NCBI GenBank assembly: GCA_002480485.1
Contig: DLCF01000158.1
Location: 9,826-73,825 of the forward strand
Length of the DNA stretch: 64,000 nt
Source: Planctomycetaceae bacterium UBA7805
Lineage (GTDB): Bacteria > Planctomycetota > Planctomycetia > Pirellulales > UBA7805
Direction: 5' to 3'
Shown one piece after another: positions 48,593 to 57,043 of the stretch. Under the pieces are notes generated by a model that made no database searches, had not been told where the DNA came from, and was given only the letters and a program-made list of their open reading frames with translations. Position numbers and translations under genes: made by a program. Position 1 is the first letter of the stretch, and the number at the start of each line of letters is the position of its first letter.

Positions 48593-49489
48593 ATGCCTAG
48601 ACACATCGAACCGTTTGCCCAGTTGCGGGTCTGGAACTTCGGAGGGCTCACGCTCTATGAACTCGTGCAGCGCACGTGGCACGAATACCGTGAGCGACAA
48701 CTTTCCGCGCGATGTGCACAGTTTGCATACTTCTCCATGTTGGCGATGATGCCAATGCTGATTGTGTTGGTTTATGCAATCGGGCAGATGCCGATCCAGG
48801 GACTGCTAGGCAGCTTTCTGCTGCTCCTCGAAAAAACGCTCCCATCGGACGCGTATCAGTTATTTCGCACTCAAATTCTGGCGATCCAGCAGCAGAGCTC
48901 TACGACCTATATCTCGATGAGTTGCATAATTTTTATCTACGCGGGATCTCGCCTGTTTGTAACGATGGGAGAAGGGCTCAACATTGCCTTCGGCCATGCG
49001 CCGCGTGCCCGACGCGTAAGGACTTACGGTGTATCGCTTGCTCTCACATTCAGCATTGCCCTAACAATGATTGCAGCGCTTATCATTCTCGTGATCGGCC
49101 CGCAAGCGATCGAGTGGATTATGCACGGATTACACTTACCACTTCCCGATTACTTTTTCTTGATACTTACACGTTGGGGTGTTGCCGTTAGCTTTCTGCT
49201 TATTTTTACATCCACCATTTATTACATTGTGCCTGCGCATGGATTGCCTTGGCACTGGTTTAGCCCGGGATCAATTTTTGCAGTATTTGGTTGGATTGCT
49301 GCCAGTCAGGGATTTCGTTTTTATATGGGACATTTTGCTAACTACAATCAAATTTACGGGGCACTTGGTGGTGTAATCGCCATGCTGTTCTGGCTCTACT
49401 TAACCGGCGCACTCTTATTAATGGGCGCTCAAATGAACGGAATTATTTACGAGGCAGTCCAAAAATCATCTGCAAACGCACTAGCATGA
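48593..49489 (+). CDS. YihY/BrkB-family membrane protein
   Basis: Six hydrophobic segments. N-terminal ...CAQFAYFSMLAMMP and C-terminal YGALGGVIAMLFWLYL are typical of the family. Confidence 0.8.
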   Translation: MPRHIEPFAQLRVWNFGGLTLYELVQRTWHEYRERQLSARCAQFAYFSMLAMMPMLIVLVYAIGQMPIQGLLGSFLLLLEKTLPSDAYQLFRTQILAIQQQSSTTYISMSCIIFIYAGSRLFVTMGEGLNIAFGHAPRARRVRTYGVSLALTFSIALTMIAALIILVIGPQAIEWIMHGLHLPLPDYFFLILTRWGVAVSFLLIFTSTIYYIVPAHGLPWHWFSPGSIFAVFGWIAASQGFRFYMGHFANYNQIYGALGGVIAMLFWLYLTGALLLMGAQMNGIIYEAVQKSSANALA

Positions 49490-49708
49490 GAACCGGGGAA
49501 TTCTAACTGTGTGATTTTGCGACCGCATATTCAGTGCAAATGGGCTGATAGTTCCGCTAGCAATGTTGGCAATCGACTTGTGTCTCGACCTTGTTTTTTG
49601 CTTTGAAGCTAGCATGTGTAATCTTACCGGCTCCCTTTTTTTCTCTTTTATGTCGCCGGCAATCTCGCTATTATGCGACGCCCTTTTTTGACAAACAGGA
49701 ATGCATCT

Positions 49709-51142
49709 ATGAGTGAATACCGGGTCGAACACGATTCGATGGGTGAGGTCCATGTGCCTGCCCAAGCCTACTACGGCGCCCAAACACAACGGGCCGTAGA
49801 AAACTTTCCCATCTCCGGATGGGCACTGCCGCATCAGCTTGTTCATGGAATAGGCATGGTGAAATTTGCGTGTGCCACGGCCAATCGCGATCTTGGGTTG
49901 TTGGGCGATCAGTGCCGTTCTCCGCTGAGTGACCAACAAATTGAATCATTACTAGAGGCTTGCCTCGAAGTGGCTGCGGGGAAATGGGATGCAGAGTTTC
50001 CGGTTGATGTATTCCAGACGGGCTCCGGTACCAGCAGTAATATGAACGCCAATGAGGTCATTAGTAATCGCGCGATCGAATTAAATGGTGGAGATCGGTT
50101 TGCAAGCGAAAAATCGATTCATCCGAATGATCACGTGAATATGGGGCAAAGCACCAACGACACGTTCCCCACTGCAATCCATGTTGCCGTTGCCATTGAA
50201 ATACACCAGGCTCTACTCCCGGCCTTGCAACGCTTCCATTCAGTGTTAGCACAAAAATCCGAGGAATGGGATAATATCGTGAAAATAGGGCGGACCCATC
50301 TAGCAGATGGAACGCCAATTCGACTCGGGCAGGAAGTAAGCGGGTTTGCACATCAACTAAAAGCCTCAGTTGAGCGTGCACAGCGCGCAATTAATGCCGT
50401 CTGTGAACTTGCCGTCGGGGGCACCGCCGTCGGCACAGGAATCAACACCCACCCGGAATTTGGGGGCCGCGTGTCGACTGTTCTCGCCGACAAGACGGGG
50501 CTTCCCTTCGTGGAGGCTGAAAACCACTTTGAAGCAAATGCTCAACGAGATGGACTAGTGGAATGCCACGGTCAATTACGCGCGATTGCCTCCACGCTGT
50601 TCAACGTGACGAATAACATCCGCTGGTTGGGCTCCGGTCCGCGATGCGGGTTTAATGAACTGCGCCTACCGAGTCGCCAGCCAGGCAGCTCAATTATGCC
50701 GGGCAAGGTGAACCCGGTGATGTGTGAGAGCGCCATGCAGGTAGCAGCCCGCGTGATGGGTAATGATCAGACGATTGCCTTGAGCGGGGCCACCGGCGGC
50801 AATTTTCAATTGAATATCATGATGCCTCTGATGGGACAAACTACACTCGAAAGCATCTCGCTCTTGGCGAGCGTTTCTAATGCATTTGTAGAATTCTGCG
50901 CTGAAGAAATGGAGCCTAATATCGACGCCTGTGAGGGCTCTGTTGAAAAAAGTCTCTCGATGGTCACGAGCCTCAATCCCTATGTGGGATACGAAAAAGC
51001 AGCGGCCCTGGCGAAGGAGGCTTTTGCAAGCGGAAAAACAATCCGTCAACTTTGTACTGAACAGAACGTACTACCCAAAGCAGACCTTGAGCAAGCGCTC
51101 GATCCGCTGCGTATGACGAGACCTCGTGCAGCAGATGAATAA
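49709..51142 (+). CDS. fumC: Class II fumarate hydratase
   Basis: MSEYRVEHDSMGEVHVPA...YGAQTQRA. Signature GSSIMPGKVNPVMCES followed by GNFQLN, which is closer to FumC than to AspA. The ORF opens at 49673. Confidence 0.9.
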   Translation: MSEYRVEHDSMGEVHVPAQAYYGAQTQRAVENFPISGWALPHQLVHGIGMVKFACATANRDLGLLGDQCRSPLSDQQIESLLEACLEVAAGKWDAEFPVDVFQTGSGTSSNMNANEVISNRAIELNGGDRFASEKSIHPNDHVNMGQSTNDTFPTAIHVAVAIEIHQALLPALQRFHSVLAQKSEEWDNIVKIGRTHLADGTPIRLGQEVSGFAHQLKASVERAQRAINAVCELAVGGTAVGTGINTHPEFGGRVSTVLADKTGLPFVEAENHFEANAQRDGLVECHGQLRAIASTLFNVTNNIRWLGSGPRCGFNELRLPSRQPGSSIMPGKVNPVMCESAMQVAARVMGNDQTIALSGATGGNFQLNIMMPLMGQTTLESISLLASVSNAFVEFCAEEMEPNIDACEGSVEKSLSMVTSLNPYVGYEKAAALAKEAFASGKTIRQLCTEQNVLPKADLEQALDPLRMTRPRAADE

Positions 51143-51172
51143 AATGAACTTACATCAATTTCACCTGCTGCA

Positions 51173-52309
51173 ATGTGCATGAAATTAATCCGTCGATTTT
51201 GCATGAAGAAAATAATTTTTTACTTGCTGATTGGGTCCCTCGGAATGCCGGGGTTGCACACCTCGGCATTCAGTGAGTCGCCCTCACCGAGGGAGGTCCT
51301 CGATTCTAACAGTCCCAAACAGCTGATCGGGATTGCCTCGAAGATTGCAGCGACCGCCACCACGCCCCGTGAATACTCTGAGATGATCTACTACCTCGAC
51401 AAGGCCCTCGCCGCGAACTCCATCGTGCCCGAACATCGAGGTTATGCGCAAAAGCTAAAAGGCTGGTCACACAATCGGCTGGGGGAATATTTTGCATCGC
51501 AAGGCAAGGACGCAGCTGCCCTTACGCAATTTGAAACCGCCGTTGAATTGAATTTTAAGCATTGGAAGGCGCTTCACAATCGAGGCGTTAGCTATGCGAT
51601 GAGTAGCCGTCTGGATGAAGCGGCACAAGACTTCTCAGCGACCATTCGGCTGCATCCCGAATATGCGAACGCGTGGTTTAATCGGGCAGAGGTTTTTATG
51701 AGACAAGGCAAAATTGATCTCGCAATCGAAAATTATTCCCAGGCGATATCACTGGATGCTGAGGACGCTGGATTTTATGCCGGTCGTGGTAAAGCCTACC
51801 GATTGCGGGGAAATTTTGAACTATCTGAATCCGACCTCAACCGCGCACTTTTGTTAGATGATCGCCTTACCAAGGCGCACCTGCAACGCGGAAAAATGTG
51901 GTTGGCACGCGGTGAATATGATAACGCGGCCGCCGATTTTCGGGCTGCGGTACGGAATGACCCACGCTCCGCGGAGGCGTTTCGTTGTGTCGCTTGGATG
52001 ATGGCGACATGTAAAGATGAAAAATTTCGCGATCCCAAGCGTTCACTTCAATTTGCCAAAAAAGCTATCGAGCTGAAAGGCACTGAAGATTTTCGTCTGG
52101 TTGATACCATGGCTGCAGCGCATGCCAATGCTGGCCAATTCAATTATGCAGCGACAGAACAACAACGAGCGATTGAGCTGGCTGCCGGGAAAGCGACCGG
52201 ACAAGAATTGCATGAACTCAAACAGCGCTTGCACCAATATTCACAGCAAGCCCCCTACCGCACCGAAGTGATTGCCCGTCAGAGCGACCGTTCCGAAAGC
52301 ATCCAATAG
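51173..52309 (+). CDS. TPR-repeat protein, secreted
   Basis: Signal peptide after alternative ATG 51203 (MKKIIFYLLIGSLG). Multiple 34-aa TPR units (..A..F..A..L.P....A...). Confidence 0.8.
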   Translation: MCMKLIRRFCMKKIIFYLLIGSLGMPGLHTSAFSESPSPREVLDSNSPKQLIGIASKIAATATTPREYSEMIYYLDKALAANSIVPEHRGYAQKLKGWSHNRLGEYFASQGKDAAALTQFETAVELNFKHWKALHNRGVSYAMSSRLDEAAQDFSATIRLHPEYANAWFNRAEVFMRQGKIDLAIENYSQAISLDAEDAGFYAGRGKAYRLRGNFELSESDLNRALLLDDRLTKAHLQRGKMWLARGEYDNAAADFRAAVRNDPRSAEAFRCVAWMMATCKDEKFRDPKRSLQFAKKAIELKGTEDFRLVDTMAAAHANAGQFNYAATEQQRAIELAAGKATGQELHELKQRLHQYSQQAPYRTEVIARQSDRSESIQ

Positions 52310-52321
52310 GCAACCGTAGTA

Positions 52322-53020
52322 ATGAGCGATGCCTTTCTTTATTTAGGTGGATTAGTCCTAGCGGCATATTTTTTTCGTCTTTGGTATGAAGACTATCGTC
52401 ACAACACTCAGCGGATCCATCATAATCTGGCTGCAGGAAATCCTGTATCCTCTGAAATTATCCAAACCGGCCTGCCGGGGTCGACGCCTGCAAGCTGGCG
52501 TGTCATCGCGATCGCAGTCGTCGGCTCATTGGGTATCCTGGCTCTCGAAGTTGCGGGAGAATATCGACTCGATGTGGTGGAAGATCAGACGACCATGTCA
52601 GTGCTGCTGGGAATTTACACACTCGCAGCAGCGTTTGTCGAGGAGCTTATTTTCCGTGGATTTCTTTTTTTTGATCGCCATGGAAAATGGAGACTGTATC
52701 TAAGCGTCTTCGGAATTTCAATTTTATTCGCCGTGATTCATCCCTACCTGTGGTCGTACGATGTGCCAGAAAATCAACCACCGTGGCTCTTTTGGAAATG
52801 GATAGGGCTGAACATTTACCGTGATGATGGAACACTCAATGTTCAACCGATTTTTTCTACATGCATCTTATTTATGAATTCGGTTTGGTTCTATTACGTG
52901 CGACTATCCCGCCTGAATCGGTTCAGCTCATTGATACCCTGCGTGGCGGCACATCTCGCGAGTAACTTGGGCGTCTTTGCGGTGAAGGCATGGCAGGGCA
53001 AAGTAGTCCTGTTTGATTGA
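52322..53020 (+). CDS. CPBP-family intramembrane glutamic endopeptidase (CAAX protease/Abi)
   Basis: EELIFRGFLF (motif 1), FAVIHP (motif 2) and AHLASNL (motif 3) within a polytopic membrane protein. Confidence 0.8.
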   Translation: MSDAFLYLGGLVLAAYFFRLWYEDYRHNTQRIHHNLAAGNPVSSEIIQTGLPGSTPASWRVIAIAVVGSLGILALEVAGEYRLDVVEDQTTMSVLLGIYTLAAAFVEELIFRGFLFFDRHGKWRLYLSVFGISILFAVIHPYLWSYDVPENQPPWLFWKWIGLNIYRDDGTLNVQPIFSTCILFMNSVWFYYVRLSRLNRFSSLIPCVAAHLASNLGVFAVKAWQGKVVLFD

Positions 53021-53447
53021 GTCAGATTGTTATCCGCTTTAATCTCAGCAACATCGCTGGCGACACACAGCCCTTAATGCAGTAAAACCAGCAAAAGTTG
53101 CATCAACAGGCCACATTTTGGCCCCCGGATCGGCAGACTTAACACCATTAGCGGGGCGGATAAAACCACATAATTTTTGGGGAATGTCGCAATTCGGCCT
53201 AGCAGCGAGAGGCTTGAAAATTTAGCATGAAGGATTCGATTTCTGCTGCGCAGTAGGATTCCCCTCGACGCCATCAGGCCGGCGGAGGATGCTGCCCGCC
53301 TGGGCTTGCCTGCGTTGTTTCCTGCTGATCCTATTGGTCGTCCCCGAAGATGCCGTTTGCAGGCGTTGGGTTGGCAGGAGGTGGAGATTCGATTTCCAGT
53401 TTACAAAGGTTACTTTTTAAAGAATCGCAAAATTGCGGTACCCTACC

Positions 53448-55547
53448 ATGGACGCTACAAAACTTCGCAACATCGGCATTTCCGCGCATATTGATTCGGG
53501 AAAGACCACCCTCAGTGAACGCATTCTTTTTTACGCGGGTCGTATTCATCGCGTGCAGGAGGTACGTGGCGAGGGTGACGGGGCAACGATGGATCACATG
53601 GAGTTGGAAAAAGAGCGCGGGATAACAATCACCAGTGCTGCAACTCAAGTGGAATGGGAAAACCATCAAATCAATCTAATTGATACGCCAGGCCACGTCG
53701 ATTTTACCGTGGAGGTGGAACGAAGCCTGCGTGTATTAGACGGGGCGGTGTTGGTTCTCTGTGCAGTTGGAGGAGTTCAATCACAGTCCCTCACCGTCGA
53801 CCGTCAGATGAAAAGATATCACGTGCCACGGTTGGCGTTCATCAATAAGATGGATCGGACCGGGGCAGATCCCAAACGTGTTGTTGAGCAGGTTCGTGAA
53901 AAGATGCAATGTGATGCAGTGCTGATGCAACTTCCGATTGGGGCGGAAGAAGACTTTGAGGGCGTCGTAGATCTGACGAGCATGAAATCGCTCTATTTCG
54001 ACGGGACCAACGGAGAAAAAATACGCACTGATGCAATCCCAGAGCACATGCTGGAGGAGGCGCAGTCGGCACGTCAACAGATGCTTGAAGCCATTTCCAT
54101 GTACAGCGACGAACTCATGGAGTTGCTTCTGAGTGAAGAAGAAATCCCTGAAGACCTCATTCATCAAGTCACAAAGAGTGCAGTGCACGATCTGGATTTT
54201 ACTCCGGTCTATCTGGGAACCGCATTCCGAAATAAAGGGGTGCAGCCCTTGCTCGATGCGGTTGTTCGTTATTTGCCGGCCCCTATGGATCGTGAAAAAG
54301 CAGCGATGGGCCATGACAATCCGGAAGACAAAGTGCCCCTGACGGTGGACACCGATGCTCCGTTTGTCGGCATGGCATTCAAATTGGTGGATGATCCCTA
54401 TGGACAGCTTACCTTTATGCGGATTTACCAGGGAAAAATTGAAAAAGGTCAGCAGTACTTCAATCAGCGGACCGGACGCAAGCAACGATTCAGCCGCATT
54501 TTGCGTATGCACTCAGACAAGCGGGAGGAGATCGATCAAGCCGATGCAGGTGATATTGTTGCGATCATGGGAATTGATGCGGCTAGTGGCGATACGTACG
54601 CCCAGCAGGCCGGTTACTGTACCCTTGAGAGTATTTTTGTTCCGGAACCGGTAATCAAGATGGCAGTCCAGCCCCTCTCCCGAGAAGCGGGAGATCGCCT
54701 CGGCAAAGCCCTGCAACGATTTCGCAAAGAAGATCCAACATTTCAGGTCGCGACAGATGAGGAAACCGGGGAAACGGTGATCGCCGGGATGGGTGAGCTG
54801 CATCTGGAAATTTATATCGAACGGATGAAGCGTGAATATAATTGTGAGGTCTCGGTTGGCGCACCCAAGGTAAGTTATCGTGAAACCGCGACACGGCGTG
54901 CCGATTTTGACTACAAACATAAGAAGCAAACCGGCGGTTCGGGACAGTATGCCCATATCAAGGGTTATTTGGAACCACTCGTTGACGATCAGGAAGAGAG
55001 CTATGTCTTTGAAGAGAAAATCGTCGGCGGGCGGATCCCGAAAGAATATATCCCGGCGGTCGACAAAGGATTTCGCGCGGCGATGGTTAAAGGACCTGTC
55101 GCAGAATATCCGGTGGTAAATGTGCTGACGGTGCTTGAGGACGGGTCGTATCATGAAGTGGACAGTAGCGACATGGCTTTTCAGGTATGTAGTCGCAATT
55201 GCTTTAAAGAAACCTTTCTAAAAGCGAAGCCCGTGTTACTCGAGCCGGTGATGAAGCTGGAAGCTGAGGTACCACCCGATTTTCAGGGGCCCGTGACCGG
55301 GGAATTGACCAGTCGGCGAGGTATTATCGCCTCCACTGATATGGCGGGCGACACGGCGGTGATTATTGCGGAAGTGCCACTGGCCGAGACTTTCGGCTAT
55401 TCAACAGATCTCCGAAGTATGACACAGGGACAGGGCACCTTCAGTATGGAGTTCTCGCATTACCGACAGGTGCCTGCGAACATCCAGGAAAAAATTCTCG
55501 CAGATCGCAAGGCCGAAAAAGAAAAGCAGATGGTCGGTTCGAAGTAG
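53448..55547 (+). CDS. fusA: Elongation factor G (stand-alone paralogue, not in an str operon)
   Basis: NIGISAHIDSGKTT, DTPGHVDF, NKMD, and full domains II-V. ATG 53448 (MDATKLRN) fits the family. The ORF opens at TTG 53433. Confidence 0.9.
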   Translation: MDATKLRNIGISAHIDSGKTTLSERILFYAGRIHRVQEVRGEGDGATMDHMELEKERGITITSAATQVEWENHQINLIDTPGHVDFTVEVERSLRVLDGAVLVLCAVGGVQSQSLTVDRQMKRYHVPRLAFINKMDRTGADPKRVVEQVREKMQCDAVLMQLPIGAEEDFEGVVDLTSMKSLYFDGTNGEKIRTDAIPEHMLEEAQSARQQMLEAISMYSDELMELLLSEEEIPEDLIHQVTKSAVHDLDFTPVYLGTAFRNKGVQPLLDAVVRYLPAPMDREKAAMGHDNPEDKVPLTVDTDAPFVGMAFKLVDDPYGQLTFMRIYQGKIEKGQQYFNQRTGRKQRFSRILRMHSDKREEIDQADAGDIVAIMGIDAASGDTYAQQAGYCTLESIFVPEPVIKMAVQPLSREAGDRLGKALQRFRKEDPTFQVATDEETGETVIAGMGELHLEIYIERMKREYNCEVSVGAPKVSYRETATRRADFDYKHKKQTGGSGQYAHIKGYLEPLVDDQEESYVFEEKIVGGRIPKEYIPAVDKGFRAAMVKGPVAEYPVVNVLTVLEDGSYHEVDSSDMAFQVCSRNCFKETFLKAKPVLLEPVMKLEAEVPPDFQGPVTGELTSRRGIIASTDMAGDTAVIIAEVPLAETFGYSTDLRSMTQGQGTFSMEFSHYRQVPANIQEKILADRKAEKEKQMVGSK

Positions 55548-55609
55548 CCGAATGGCAAAGCAACGGTATACCGCATCCGTTAAATTCACTTTTCCCTCGG
55601 AAATTATTC

Positions 55610-57043
55610 CTAGGCGATAAGCTCCGTGGCCACTTTTCCAGCCACATCTGTCAGGCGGAAATTTCGACCTTGGTAGGAATAAGTCAGCGCTTCATGATCC
55701 AATCCTAAAAGATGCAAAAGCGTCGCGTGAAAATCGTTGACATGCATTGGATTTTCGGTCACATGAAATCCAAGATCGTCTGTCTTTCCGTAGGCGAATC
55801 CCTTTTTAAGCCCGCCTCCCGCAAACCAAATTGTGAACGCATCTTTATGATGATCGCGACCAGCGAGTTGGCCACGTTCATCTTGGATCATTGGAGTCCT
55901 GCCGAATTCTGCACCAAAGACAATAAGTGTCTCGTCCAGCAATCCGCGAACTTTTAAATCGGCAATCAAGGCGGCAATCGGTTGGTCGACCTCGCGGGCT
56001 TTGCGTGGCAAGCCCCCTTTGATATTTCCGTGGGTATCCCAGCCCTGATCATTTAATTGTATGAAGCGGACGCCCCGCTCCACCAGTCTGCGCGCTAACA
56101 GGCAATTGTTGGCAAATCGGGTCTCTCCCGGTTTTGTACCATAGAGATCATGGATGTATTGAGGTTCGTCGGCAAGCTCCATCAATTCTGGAACAGCCGC
56201 TTGCATGCGAAAAGCGAGTTCATATTGGCTCATGCGCGTAGCAATTTCCGGATCACCAACATCGCGAAGGTGTGCTGCATTAAGATCATGCACACTTTGC
56301 AGAATCCTTTCCCGACGACCGCGATCGATTCCTGGTGGATTCGAGAGATAAAGCACCGGGTCGCCCTGTGAGCGAAACTCGACTCCCTGGTGAACGGTCG
56401 GCAAAAATCCGCTACCCCACATACTATTTCCGGCGCCTGCGATTTGCCCTGTATTCATCACGACAAAATTAGGAAGGTTTTCATTTTCACTTCCCAACCC
56501 GTAACTCACCCAGGAGCCTAGGCTCGGGCGACCGAACTGACCAAAACCAGTTTGAAACATTAACTGCGCGGGGGCATGATTAAACTGCTCAGTATGCAAA
56601 GAGTGCACCATTGTCAATTCATCGGCGACCTCACCGAGATGGGGCAACAATTCGGAGAGCTCAATTCCACTCTGTCCGTGTGGTCGAAATTTAAATGGCG
56701 AGCCGAAGAGATTTGGTTGTTTCCGCACAAAAGCCAGCCGCAGATTTTCCCAGAGTGCGTCCGGCATCTTTTCACCGTCTCGCCGCTGTAATTCAGGCTT
56801 AAATGAAAGAAGATCAAGTTGGGATGGGCCGCCCACCATGTGGAGAAAAATCACATTCCTTACTTGCGGAGCATGATCCGGTCGCAACCTTTTTTGATTC
56901 ACAGCCTGATCGGCTGCAATACTTTCTTTAGCTAAAAGTGTTCCCAGGGCTGCCCCGGCAATCCCCACTATTCCCTGTTGCATCAGAGCACGTCGATTGC
57001 AGCTAAAAATTCTGTCGGAGGCATCCATTTTAATTTTCGTCAT
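55610..57043 (-). CDS. DUF1501 domain protein (sulfatase-fold, Tat-type leader)
   Basis: [18 protein letters not shown] leader. Conserved ...FGRTP... and DHH regions typical of DUF1501. Its ATG abuts the stop of the upstream gene. Confidence 0.85.
   Translation of the reverse strand: MTKIKMDASDRIFSCNRRALMQQGIVGIAGAALGTLLAKESIAADQAVNQKRLRPDHAPQVRNVIFLHMVGGPSQLDLLSFKPELQRRDGEKMPDALWENLRLAFVRKQPNLFGSPFKFRPHGQSGIELSELLPHLGEVADELTMVHSLHTEQFNHAPAQLMFQTGFGQFGRPSLGSWVSYGLGSENENLPNFVVMNTGQIAGAGNSMWGSGFLPTVHQGVEFRSQGDPVLYLSNPPGIDRGRRERILQSVHDLNAAHLRDVGDPEIATRMSQYELAFRMQAAVPELMELADEPQYIHDLYGTKPGETRFANNCLLARRLVERGVRFIQLNDQGWDTHGNIKGGLPRKAREVDQPIAALIADLKVRGLLDETLIVFGAEFGRTPMIQDERGQLAGRDHHKDAFTIWFAGGGLKKGFAYGKTDDLGFHVTENPMHVNDFHATLLHLLGLDHEALTYSYQGRNFRLTDVAGKVATELIA

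Noticed and set aside
53781-55154. Two long antisense ORFs inside fusA (243 aa and 213 aa). Similar ones occur inside secA (35432..36133) and glnD (42705..43313).
   Set aside because: They sit opposite highly conserved genes, have atypical composition and carry no recognisable motif. Long antisense open frames are expected by chance opposite coding sequence with codon bias.
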